Assembly: GCF_001194135.2 (NCBI RefSeq)
Contig: NC_068997.1
Coordinates: forward strand, 43,967,379 to 44,020,224
Length of the DNA: 52,846 nt
Source: Octopus bimaculoides
Taxonomy: Eukaryota
Direction: 5' to 3'
Shown here: positions 12,465 through 24,417 of the stretch, in pieces
How positions within the stretch are numbered: the stretch's first letter is position 1
Layout of the letters: each line of letters begins with the position of its first letter
Program-made: the position numbers and the translations under genes
Notes under the pieces: model-generated
Told to the model about the DNA's origin: nothing
The model's database searches: none
Seen by the model: only the letters and a program-made list of their open reading frames with translations

Positions 12465-12869
12465 GGCACTGTTAGTGTTATTACATAGACATGTAATTAG
12501 CACCTTTAAGAAAGGTGGGCTGAAGTGTAAAGACATATGAAGATCTCTATCACAGATCTGAAGTAGACAAGATACTATGAAAGCAGATCAGTGGAAGATT
12601 TATTTACTTTTTATATTCTTTGTTTATTTTATATATTTCCCACAAATTAATATCAGCATTTTATAGATGAATGCTCTTTCTTACTCACAACAAGCCAAGC
12701 ATAAAGTAAGAGGGACTGGAGTCAGTTTATAATTATTATTATTATTGTTGTTGTCATTATGTTCAGTCAAGCACATTAAAGCAGGCAAACTTAGGTACTT
12801 AGGTTTGTGGAAACATCATCATAAAATTAGCAAGAAGTGAAATACTGACACAACGGTCCAGGACTTTAA

Positions 12870-13087
12870 CCGTTTATCATATAAACTAGCCATATCTGAC
12901 AAATATTCTACCTGTTTTATGTTCAAACTGGTCAGATCCAGCCTTTCACACCTACTCTACTATGTCATTGTAAAAATAAACAATCACATAATCAAAATCT
13001 TGAAGCTACAAGATAATGCAGGATTAATTCAAAACGATATAAACAAATAAGTGTTACATTTGAAAGATTAATCTAAATGCTAAAGGA
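12870..13087. mobile_element. piggyBac-like MITE
   Basis: Flanked by TTAA at 12866-12869 and 13088-13091. Ends ccgttt...gctaaagga; related by reverse complement to 21853-22067. Confidence 0.55.
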
Positions 13088-13257
13088 TTAAACCTACAAC
13101 TATTATACACTATAATGGTTCTAAACTGTTAATGATATTTTTGATTAACCCTAGCTCAACCCTGACTCAGCAGACCTCTGATGAAAGTTACTCAAACCAT
13201 GACTTTGTATTTCTGTATGTGTCTATATGTACATACTATAGGCAAAACAGAACATTT

Positions 13258-13430
13258 AATCATTGTCGTCATCATCATCATCATTTAATATCTGTTTTCC
13301 ATGCTGGCATAGGTTGGACGGTTTGACCAGGGTTGGCAAGCTGTAGAGTTGCATCTGTCTGATTTGGTTTGGTGCCCTCCCTAAGGCTAACCACTTTATA
13401 CAGTGTGCTGGGTGGTTTTTATATGGCTCA
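13258..13430 (-). mobile_element. RTE-tail retroposon 3' fragment with (GAT)n tail
   Basis: (CAT)n followed by ttccatgctggcataggttggacggtttgac...gccctccctaaggctaaccac. Confidence 0.7.
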
Positions 13431-14474
13431 AAGATTAATATGTGACTAAACTCCAATTACACTATGTCCATAACACATTACTTGTTCATACCAAATATTA
13501 TTAGATGTTTGCTTGAATTTATTGCTGATTCATACATCGATATCAAGACATTATATCTATTGCAAAGACAAACTTAGATGATGCCTATCTCTTTCTTTCA
13601 CACACATACATACTATAATGGTTCTCTGTGTGATTGATATAACTGAATGGAATAGAAAACAAGGCACTGCTGGTTCCATTACATAGATATTATCACTGAC
13701 ATAAATAACCCATTACCTACCAGTGATCTCATATGAGATCACTTAAAAATTACAAATTTCATAATTATCTGTCAATATTTACACATATCTAACCTCTTTG
13801 CTATATCTACTAGGTATGTTTCTCTGATATTCAAATGAAGTTTGCTAATTTTTCATCCAATATCTCACTTATTTCTATTTAAAATGTTATTTTGATCATT
13901 CCAGCATGTTTCTAAGGCTGTTTTATGCTAGAAATCAAAGTTTCATTAAAAAAAATATCCAGTTAATAGAATTATGGGAGGTAATGGGTTAAGAAAAGCA
14001 ATACATTGAATTGTTGAGGCATTATATGGTTTATAAGGCAGACCAGTGGTAGACAAGGTACTATAAAAACAGATCAGAGAAAGACAAGTCAGAGGGGGAG
14101 AGAAAGAGAAGAAAGACAAACAGACAGTGAGCAATAATCCTATGGAGTCAATGTTAGAACTTACTGGAAGACAGGATATTATTGTGTGTGTGTGTATGTG
14201 AGACAGAGAGAGAGAGAGAGAGAGTGAGTAATATCATATTTGTCTATTTTCATATTTGTATATAATACTTTTTGTACATCTTCTGAACTTTTTGCATGTA
14301 GAACAAGAGTTTTCTTTCTATTTTTTTTTCCTCTGTAAATGGACTTCAAATATCATTTATTCTTAAAATAAAAGAATATAAAAATATATTACTTTTTGAC
14401 TTTTCACCAAGACTTCTACATATTTTAATATCAAAAGAAAACGAAAGCAAGATAAAACATCAAATGCTGGAGAG

Positions 14475-14506
<32 letters not shown>

Positions 14507-14513
14507 CTTGAAG

Positions 14514-14755
14514 CAGTAGTTCTTAACCGGGTCCATATAAGATTTTGTTATTAAAATTTACGTGCAATAAATTGCTTACACTTCTGCAATATACAAAATA
14601 TATTAATTAATTTTATACAATTCCTAATAATATTTAATTATAAAAATACAGTAGGATCTTTTTTTATCTACATCAAATGGCTATGGAGGTCCAATAGAGT
14701 AAAATAGGGATCAAAGAGGTCTGTAGGTAAAAAAAAAATGGTTGGAAAACCACTG
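14514..14755. mobile_element. Non-autonomous hAT-Charlie/Buster element
   Basis: Ends cagtagttcttaacc ... ggttggaaaaccactg. TSD acttgaag / atttaaag (6/8 match). Confidence 0.7.
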
Positions 14756-14764
14756 ATTTAAAGT

Positions 14765-15020
14765 CTACTTTTCCATGGTTGCATGGCTCAGGTGGAATTT
14801 GTTTAGACAAGTTTTATACAGTCAGATGCCTTTCCTGATGTTAACTCTCACCCGTTTCCATGCAAGGTAATAATATTTCCCTTGGTCTGACATTTTCCAC
14901 AGAAGACAGGAAACAAACACCACTTCTATGATGAAGATGCTTATTTACAACCATCATGTGACGTCCAAACAAGGATGCACAGAAAAAAAAAAAAACACTC
15001 ACATATACACATACACACAC
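14765..15020 (-). mobile_element. RTE-tailed SINE fragment
   Basis: gatgcctttcctgatgttaac...aaggtaataatatttcccc...catcatgtgacgtccaaacaagg, similar to 11460-11710. Confidence 0.6.
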
Positions 15021-15094
15021 GAGGGAAAATTTATTTGAAGAATTTGAATAAAGCAGCTGATATTTTCATGGCTTTAATATATTAGTTTATAATA

Positions 15095-15240
15095 TTTCCG
15101 CCGAGGTCAACTTTGCCTTTCATCCTTTTGGGGTTGATAAAATAATCACCAGTTGAGCACTGGGGTGGATGTAATTGACTAACCCCCTCCCCCCAAAAAA
15201 TTGTTGACCTTGTGCCAAAATTTCAAACCAATATATTGGT
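15095..15240 (+). mobile_element. Meta-domain SINE fragment, CpG-decayed
   Basis: gaggtcaactttgcctttcatccttttggggttgataaaat...accagttg. Confidence 0.75.
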
Positions 15241-16049
15241 TTATAATATCAGAGGTCAAAGAAAGACAAATAGCTATAATTGCACTGTGTGGTTTATCTT
15301 TAAAGAAAGAACTGTAGAACTTGGTGTAGGAGTGTAATGAAAGATAGAAACGTATCACTGATGCCAAGTACTGAAAGATAATTTAATCTGGTGCTTTAGT
15401 GTTTCTATAACACCACCACCTTTGCTAGTTTATAATGTTAGAGATTATGGATTGATGAGGTTTCTACATATAGTGGTACAGCAGTTTTATCTTCATTGGC
15501 TCGGCACTGTATTTGTAACATGCCTCAGGTCTGAGAGTTTGTATTATATTGCCCACATTGCATTGTATTTTGTTGTGTTCTTAGACAGAGCATTTGACTA
15601 TTGTATACTCCAGGCCAGTACGAGAATATTCAGACAAGTGATTAAATACTTGCCTGGGTCATACAAGCAAAGCTGGAAAATAAGAAAGTGTGGTAGTGGC
15701 GTTCTTCTCTTTCTTTTACTAAGTAAATTTATAAAAAACAAAAAAATTATTTGCACAGGCACACACAATACACAAAATAGCTTTGGTAGGCAGCTATGCC
15801 AGAGGAAGACCAGTTACAAATGATAATTAGAGCAGTGATAGTTATGTTAATGTGGCGACTGGTGGTGGTGGTGGTGGTGGTGATTGTAGTGGCTCATCAT
15901 AAGTAGTGTACTTGTGGACAGAACAATATGTTAGCAATTAAAGTATTGTAATTGAGGCTATTCAGATGTAAGGGTAGCTGTTGGGATGTAAAATATAGGA
16001 ATAGTGTGCTGTTGTTTTACTGTTGTATTGGGTGATTGTAAAGTATTTT

Positions 16050-16194
16050 AAGAACCTGGTAAGAACCCAACCACATGGTTCCAGGTTCAGTTCCACTGCA
16101 TGGCACCTTGGATAAGTACCTTCTGCTATAGTCCCAGGCTGACCAAAGCCTTGTGAGTGGCTTTGGTAGATAGAAAACGCCCATCATACATTGT

Positions 16195-16228
<34 letters not shown>

Positions 16229-17010
16229 ATATGTGTATATATATGTGTATATATATATATATGTGTATATATATATATATATATGTGTATATATATATAT
16301 ATATATGTGTATATATATATATATGTGTATATATATATATATGTGTATATATATATATANNNNNNNNNNNNNNNNNNNNNNNNNNNNNNNNNNNNNNNNN
16401 NNNNNNNNNNNNNNNNNNNNNNNNNNNNNNNNNNNNNNNNNNNNNNNNNNNNNNNNNNNNNNNNNNNNNNNNNNNNNNNNNNNNNNNNNNNNNNNNNNNN
16501 NNNNNNNNNNNNNNNNNNNNNNNNNNNNNNNNNNNNNNNNNNNNNNNNNNNNNNNNNNNNNNNNNNNNNNNNNNNNNNNNNNNNNNNNNNNNNNNNNNNN
16601 NNNNNNNNNNNNNNNNNNNNNNNNNNNNNNNNNNNNNNNNNNNNNNNNNNNNNNNNNNNNNNNNNNNNNNNNNNNNNNNNNNNNNNNNNNNNNNNNNNNN
16701 NNNNNNNNNNNNNNNNNNNNNNNNNNNNNNNNNNNNNNATATACATATATATATATATACACAGAGAGAGAGAGGTGTGTGTGTGTATGTCTTTGCGTAC
16801 GTGTTTATCCCCTACTACTGCTTGACAACCAGTGCTGGTATGTTTATGTCTCTGTAACTTGGCAATTCAGCAAAAGGTACTGATAGAATAAGCACCGGGC
16901 TCAAAAAAAAAAAAAAAAACCCCAGAAAAACAACTACTTGAGTCAATTCATTCGACTAAAAAAGTGGTGCCCCAGCATGGCCACAATCTTATAACTGAAA
17001 CAAGTGAAAG
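16050..17010 (+). mobile_element. CORE-type SINE with an expanded (TA/TG)n interior spanning an N gap
   Basis: Head and core at 16050-16190; tail at 16790-17010. Confidence 0.75.
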
Positions 17011-17624
17011 ATTAGAGCTAATATGGTATAATCTGGAATATTACAGTGACAGTTGAATTGATATTCAAAGTATTAGAGTAATAAGTGTTGGTTACATTTG
17101 CATATCAAAAACTGTCGCAGAGTGGTAGTTGATTGATGTAGAGGTGTAATGAGTGATACTACTAATAATAATCACTGGTGTGGTTTTTGTGCGAATGAGT
17201 AAATCACTGGATACATTCTGTTCTGCTAACAAGATGAGAGATAAGAAAAAAGAAAAAGCAGTTTAGTGATGGAACATTAAGCATGAAATTAATATTTACT
17301 CTGGAAGTTCACAGTAACAAAGTAAATCTTTCAAGCATGAGAATGAATGAATACATAAATAACCTTGACTAAATGGCCTAATATTCCAAGTGTAATTACA
17401 CATGCCATGGGATATGTAATGTGTGTGTGATATGTAAGTGGTGAACTGACAGGTAATAGTGTAGTTAAGGGAAGGTGAGAGGGGTGGTCTGTCCCAGCTG
17501 ACACATTTTATGGGGACAAGATTTTTGGGCCTGTTGTATAGGCCTGCATAAACTTGGTGGGCACAGGGTGGAAGGAGCAAACTCAAGGCTGTACCACTCC
17601 TGGCAGGGTGGAGTCATTAGACTA

Positions 17625-17880
17625 ATGATAGACAGAAACTGAAAGAAGCCTGTCGTGTGTGTGTATGTGTGTGTGTGTGTGCATATATATATACGCACAT
17701 ACATATATCATCATTATTTCATGTCATTTCCCATGGTGGCATGTGTTGGATGGTTTGACACAAGCTGGCAAGCCAGAGGATTGCACCAAGCTCAACTCAG
17801 ATTTGGCATGGCTTCTATGGCTGGATGCCCTTCCTAACATTAACCACTTTACAGAGTGTACTGGGTGCTTTTTACATAGC
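17625..17880. mobile_element. SINE core fragment plus RTE-tail fragment
   Basis: gacagaaactgaaagaagcctgtcg; then ggatgcccttcctaacattaaccactttacagagtg. Confidence 0.6.
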
Positions 17881-17906
17881 AGTGTGCATATGTGTGTGCA
17901 TGCAAG

Positions 17907-17937
<31 letters not shown>

Positions 17938-19023
17938 GCACACATACACTTAATATACATACATATGTATATCATCAGCGCCATTATCATTTTACATCCA
18001 CTTATCTATTTATCTATGCTGTCATCATTGGTTGCATGGGTATTCTAAGGCAGTGTTTAATAGCCATATGCCTTACATTTAGCCAACTCCTTTTAGTGGC
18101 TTTATATAACATGCACAAATGTGATGCATCTCCTCTAAAACTGAGATATTCCTTCAACAGCTATGATGGAAGTGTCTCAAAGATTGTTGTGTTGATATTA
18201 CGAGACACTTGTTTTGATTGTTTGATGCTACTTCAACTGAGAACATATCTTAACTTGAAACTGTGTCTGTAGCCACTGACTCCAAAGCTAAGGCACCACC
18301 AAAGAGATCCGTTCCACCATAGTCAGTGTCCCTACATAAGTATACTAAGGTAAAACAGAGAGATATTGATAAAACTGAAACAAAAGTCAAATTTGCACCA
18401 AACATTAGTTTGTACTGCAAGATAAACATTTTTAACATGTCAAGTGACTGTGCCTGGTCAGAGAATTGAAACCACAACCTTATAATTGTGAGTGCAACAC
18501 CCCTAACCACTAAGCTACGCGTCTTCACTGTGGTGACGTAGATAAACACAAAAATAAAGGAATAATGATAAAAAAATAAGGGCCATTTTTGTCTTCTTTT
18601 AATTTTGCTTATCTTCAGTGTTTTCTTTATCTTTTTTATATATTTGATAGAAATTTTTTATTGGATATTTAATTATCAGACTGGCACAGCTGACCATGTC
18701 ATTAGAGGTTGGGAGAACCATAAGAAATTGTAATGTGCAAAGCATTAATGACTTTTGTTCCATCACTAGAACTACCATGTGTCTTTGGCAAAAACATTCA
18801 GTCTTCTGTCTCAACCACCTTAGCTGCAATCAGTGATCAAAGTCAGGCATCAGGTACTCATCATCAGCATTATTACCATCATTTTTACATCTGTTTTTTT
18901 CTCTGCTAGTATGAGTTAGAAGCAACTTATTAAAACAGTATTCTATAACCTGATACCCTTCATGTTTCTGATCTTTACCTGTTTTTTGTTTTTTTTTCAT
19001 AAGTACAATATTTTTATCCCATG

Positions 19024-19310
19024 TGAAAGCACATGGCCTAGTGGTTAGGGTACTACACTCACAATAGCTAGATCATCATGAGTTTGATTCCCAGACTGGA
19101 TGACACATTGTGTTCTTGAGCAAAACACTTCATTTCACATCGCTCCAGCAAATGGGTAACCTTGCAATGGACTAACCTTCAGATCAGCAGGAATGTTGGC
19201 CTGCCTGCTAAAAGAATGTGAAGCACACTGTGACCAGTGATGTATAACAATATCTGATAGTCTGGTCGATACTGTGATTTTTATCCCACAGGCCTCCACA
19301 TGTTGAAATT
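19024..19310 (+). mobile_element. Second tRNA/CORE-type SINE family
   Basis: gtgaaagcacatggcctagtggttaggg...tgtgttcttgagcaaaacacttcatttcac. Related copies at 18440-18530 (-), 19570-19712 (-) and 27909-28090 (+). Confidence 0.65.
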
Positions 19311-19569
19311 GCTGGGCTATAAGGTGTGTAGTTTATGGGACAGACATAAACATAATGCCACCACCACACCCTGTAAATGTGAAGACATGAGCGAATGAAC
19401 ATTCATGCACACACAACTAGCACTCTGGTGGTTATGACAATAAGAATTCCAGTTGATCTGGAACCCTTGTCGTCATAATGGAACGGTCTGCTCATGAAAT
19501 TAACATGCAAGTGGACAAGCAAGTCACAGACACATGCACCCTTCTCAAGGTTGGCCCTTTGAAACACAG

Positions 19570-19712
19570 GTACAACTCATTTTGCTAGCTGAGATGACTG
19601 GAGAATGTGAAATAAACTGTTTTATTCAAGGACATAAAACACTGCTGGGTATTGAACTCACAACCTTTTGATTAGGAGCTGAATACCCTAACCACTAAAC
19701 CATGTGCCTTCA
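19570..19712 (-). mobile_element. Copy of the 19024-type SINE in the opposite orientation
   Basis: attgaactcacaacc...ccctaaccactaaaccatgtgccttcac. Confidence 0.6.
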
Positions 19713-19769
19713 CATGCATGCACGCACACACACACACACATACATACATGTGTGCATGTAATATATTTC

Positions 19770-20243
19770 TTTCATTTGTTTCAATCATTTGACTGCGGCC
19801 ATGCTGGAGCACAGGCTTCAGTTGAACAGATCGACTCCAGGACTTATTCTTTGTAAGCCTAGTACTTATTCTATCACTCTCTTTTGTCAAACCACTAAGT
19901 TACGGGGATGAAAACACACCAACATCTGTTGTCAAGTGATGGTGGGAGGACAAACAGAGACACACACATATGTATATGGAAAGCAGACGTTAAACAACGA
20001 TGATATNNNNNNNNNNNNNNNNNNNNNNNNNNNNNNNNNNNNNNNNNNNNNNNNNNNNNNNNNNNNNNNNNNNNNNNNNNNNNNNNNNNNNNNNNNNNNN
20101 NNNNNNNNNNNNNNNNNNNNNNNNNNNNNNNNNNNNNNNNNNNNNNNNNNNNNNNNNNNNNNNNNNNNNNNNNNNNNNNNNNNNNNNNNNNNNNNNNNNN
20201 NNNNNNNNNNNNNNNNNNNNNNNCCAGACAGCCACTCCTGCAC
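19770..20243 (-). mobile_element. CORE-type SINE spanning an N gap
   Basis: Tail catttgactgcggccatgctggagcac...; head end ccagacagccactcctgcacct. Confidence 0.8.
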
Positions 20244-20689
20244 CTATAAAAATATATATATATTCTCTTTTATATAAATCTTTAGTTAAATATATTCAAT
20301 GAGAATATATACTGAATTTATATTGAGTGCTCTATTGTATCAAAGTATTAATACTATTAAAGTATTAATGTATTTAACATGAGCGATTGTATATATATTT
20401 TATAATATATTATCATTACAACAATTACTCTACACATGTATATATCCTTCCAATGAATTTTCCAATATTGATTTCATGATATTAATAATAATATATTATA
20501 AAATATATATTCTCTTTTATATATATATATATTCTTTTATTTGTTTCAGCCATTTGACAGTCGCCATGCTGGAGCACCACCTGAAAGGGTGTTGGTGATA
20601 CAAACAGGAAACAGAACTTGAGCATATATTTTTTATTATTAATCAGCAAGAATTAGAGTGACTCAACGGCCAAAAGTTGTTATGCATTG

Positions 20690-20905
20690 ACCAGTGCCTG
20701 AAAACTCTTGCTGATTTATGGCATGTAAAACACCCACTACACTCTCAGAGTGGTTGGCGTTAGGAAGGGCATCCAGCTGTAGAAACTCTGCCAAATCAGA
20801 TTGGAGCCTGGTGTCACCTCCTGGTCCACCAGTCCTCAGTCAAATTGTCCAACCCATGCTAGCATGGAAGGCGGACGTTAAACGACGATGATGATGATAA
20901 TGATA
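20690..20905 (+). mobile_element. RTE-tail retroposon 3' end
   Basis: ggttggcgttaggaagggcatccagctgtagaaactctgcc...ggacgttaaacgacgatgatgatgat, nearly the reverse complement of 1-146. Confidence 0.8.
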
Positions 20906-20917
20906 TATATATATAAT

Positions 20918-21447
20918 TATAAATAAGGGGAGAGATCACTAAGTAGATCCCTTGTATGCTAAAAATAGACATCAAACCATCCTACTACGAAATCTGTATT
21001 CTCAAATTAGCAAGATGTTTATTATTACTCTTATTATTTAATTTCAAATATCTGTGTTCCGTAGCCAGTTGATTCACTGCTGAATATTATTCGTTGCAGT
21101 TATTTTCTGGCTTAGCACACTACTATGAGGGCGTTGAATCAAAGTTAAAATACATATTGGAACTCTATACATTCGTATCCTCTCACGGAGACAGGTAGTG
21201 TCCAGTTCCATTGTTGTGTCAGCACCGATTTCACTGAGGAGACACAGACAACTATTAAATAGTTCATGTCGAAACCTTAAGGTATGGAATTAAGTGTGAT
21301 ATTTATTTCTTTTCATTTGTCTAGCTCATAAACATCTATCATCTTGCTAATTTGCTAATTTGAGAACACAGATTTCATGGTTGGATGGTTTGACATCTAT
21401 CTTTAGCATACAAGGGATCCACTTAGTGATCTCTCCTCTTATTTATA
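20918..21447. mobile_element. MITE with about 100-bp terminal inverted repeats
   Basis: tataaataaggggagagatcactaagtagatcccttgtatgctaaa... is inverted at ...tttagcatacaagggatccacttagtgatctctcctcttatttata. TA-rich flanks. Confidence 0.75.
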
Positions 21448-21852
21448 TTTAAATATAATTCACGGTCCTTGGACGTTTTTTTAAGTAAGCTGACCACTGG
21501 TTGAAATTGATATTATTTAATAATATTAATTTCTACTCTTATTATACACACACACACACATATATAATATTCCTGACAGGTTTCCATACAGCTTGTGCTA
21601 TAAGTAGGAGACACTTGCTTCAATGGATGGGACAGAAGTTGAAATCCTATGGTTTACAAACCAAACTTTCTAACCACCCAACCATGCTTGTATCAGATAT
21701 ATGTATGAGCAATTTCATTAGATTGTAATACTGAGCCCAAATCATCCAGTGGGCCAGGAAAAGGCAACAAGTGAAGCCACTTTAGTACATATTCTAATGA
21801 GTCTTTGTAGAAGTATGAAGCTTTCAGTGGTTTTCCAAAGAGGGCATTTTAA

Positions 21853-22067
21853 CCCTTTAGCGTTCAAATTACACTGCCAAATGTTTACCTATTCATATTG
21901 TTTTTAATTAATCATGTATTGTCTCAATGCTTAGAGATTTCAATAATGTTATTGTGTATTTTTAGAATGGCATTATAGGGTAGGTATGAGAGGTTAGATC
22001 AGGCCAGTTTGAACATAAAACAGGGGGAGTATTTGGGTTGGATATGGCCAGTTTGAATGTTATTGGG
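21853..22067. mobile_element. piggyBac-like MITE, second copy
   Basis: TTAA|ccctttagc ... ggg|ttca; the interior is the reverse complement of 12870-13087. Confidence 0.5.
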
Positions 22068-23505
22068 TTCAAACAATCTTGGAACATATTGGAGTGTTGT
22101 TCTACAGGGAGATATTAAATGGTATTGTAAAGAATATTTTAAATAATGTTTCATGGGGGGGGGGGTTAAAAAGTGATGTTGCAAGGGGCATTTTTAGAGA
22201 TGTTGGAAAGGATTTTTTAGGGGGTGGGGGTAATCTCTTCTGTTTTTTCTTAATACAATCATGGAAAACTGATTTTACGTTTTCACTTTTCTATAACCTG
22301 AGAAAATCGTTATTTACACACATACAAACAACAAACAGAAACACATGTACAAGCGTATACACACACAAACACATACATAATCACATATTAAAAAAAAAAA
22401 ACAAAAGAAAATCTTGGAAACAAACAAATGAGTGAAACATGTTAGAAAATGGTCATTAAAAAAATGGTTGCAATGATGGCCACCACAAAGAATAATGTGA
22501 CACCTTACTTTGACTTTTACTCCATGGTAGAAAGAAGTAATCCCTCTTAACTGTCATAAATTTTTATCTTTATTCCAGTAGACACAACTGGGACCTAATT
22601 CATTGATCCCAATATGATGGAAGACAGAATTAACGTTGGTAGGATTTGAACTTGAAACCATTTGCTTCTGATTGAGAAACAGTGAAGTCATCCTCCAGTT
22701 CAATGCTCTATGTAACCCTGCTTTGAATCACTTTGCAGTTTAAATCGTTAACAGGTACTGAGAGACAGCATTACTGATGAATAGAATATAGTTCAGAGTT
22801 CAAATTTCCATTGTAGTTTTGACCTTTGACCTTTGAATTATGTTGTACTGTGTAGTAACCAATCCAAGAAATGCAAGATCAATGTAAGGTCATTCAGTCA
22901 AGAACTCTACTCCTGCACCAAATCAAATACCATTTAGGTGATTCTGTACAATTATGAGCCTGTAATGAGCAAAGACTTAATTACACGGCAGCACTTTGCC
23001 CTTCGTAGAAAAAAGATAGGATGAGAAATATCATGCAAAATGGAGGAAAAAAAATAAGTGGAGGGGAAATTAGCAAAAAGCAAAAACTGTGTAAGGGGAC
23101 AAAGAAAAAAAATGACCAATCAGAATCCAATTGCTTTGTCAATAACATTACGACTTGTGGGAGTTTTTTGTTGTTTTGTTTTTTTTACTAATTTCTTCTC
23201 ACAAGAAATTAGTCAAAAACCTGAAGACTCAGTGAACAGAGAGCTTCGATCCATGACCATCATGTATTGTAGTTAGTATGTTGGTGAGATATGTTGAAGC
23301 TAGGAGAGGCCTGAAACATTTGACTGTAAAGGCAAATTAGTAGAACTGAGTATTTTTACAAATTGAGGCCTCACACACAGAACTCATATGTATGAATGAG
23401 CTCCTATTACATACAAAAAGGACCCAAATAAAAAGGGCTGAGCATTTTTTCTTTCGTTTCTGTAACTTTTTTTGATTATTATTATTATTATTTCTTTTTT
23501 TAAAA

Positions 23506-24383
23506 TTAAGGCCTCATATGAAGGAACTTATTCTCTTCAGCTAACTGAGTCAGGACTGAGCTCATATCATTGACTACCATATTGTCAGTACTCAGTAGAG
23601 ACATGTTTGTATAGCGAGACGCTTGGGACATTCGACTGTTGGGCAAGTTAGACGGACTGCAAAGAAGATGACGGTTATTATTTTCTGCTGATAAAGATGT
23701 GATATTGTCTATCAAGTTTTCTGTTGATATTGAGTTTATATTGTCCATGAAATCTTCAATAGGAGGCTCTGAAGGGTTTCTAGCCTTGTCTGTTGAGCTT
23801 GTCACTTGGTTACAACCCGGTGACATTTCAAGGGTACTGGGGAAGGAATTTTGCACCTGTTCACTTCCGAGCTGGCAGCTTGGTCGACCGAGAAGGGCTG
23901 AGACAGACTGATTGGTTTGACCTTGATTGTACATCACTGTAGAAGGGACCACAGGTGCAATCTGCTGCTGTGTGGACGGTGACATTAGATTGGTGCTTGG
24001 TGCATAATTACCTGGTGGTGGGGGACCAGGTGGTGGATGTGGCTGCAGGCAACCAGTAGCATTAGAAGCTTGCTGCTGCTGCTGCACATATAAGTTTGAG
24101 TGAACATTAGGTAGAGGTTGGTTGTAAGGGTTTGAAGTGTTATACATTCCTTGTTGTTGGGGTGGAACACTGCTGCGGTTATTAGACAGCATCTGTTGTT
24201 GTTGTTGTAGTTGCTGTTGTTGCCTAACGTGTTGGCTCCGATTTATGGCCTTTGCTCGAGCTGGAATTTGTGATTGACTAATGTGAGGCACCTGAACCTG
24301 CGGACTTTTCCGTTCTTGTTTCTGAGTTGGGAGAGATGGTAGTTTGAGAATATTATTCGGAGAAGAACTACTATAAGTCTGCT

Positions 24384-24417
<34 letters not shown>

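Noticed and set aside
15422-15823. 133-aa ORF, and a minus-strand ERHYHTF resembling the myosin ERNYHIF motif
   Set aside because: All minus-strand frames close quickly, and no further motifs or exon chain were found.
20245-20540. AT-rich direct repeat aaaatatatatattctcttttatata
   Set aside because: Low complexity and next to a gap; may be an assembly artefact.
22569-22574. Possible Gli poly(A) signal (AATAAA on the minus strand)
   Set aside because: The hexamer is common in AT-rich DNA and cannot be assigned without transcript data.
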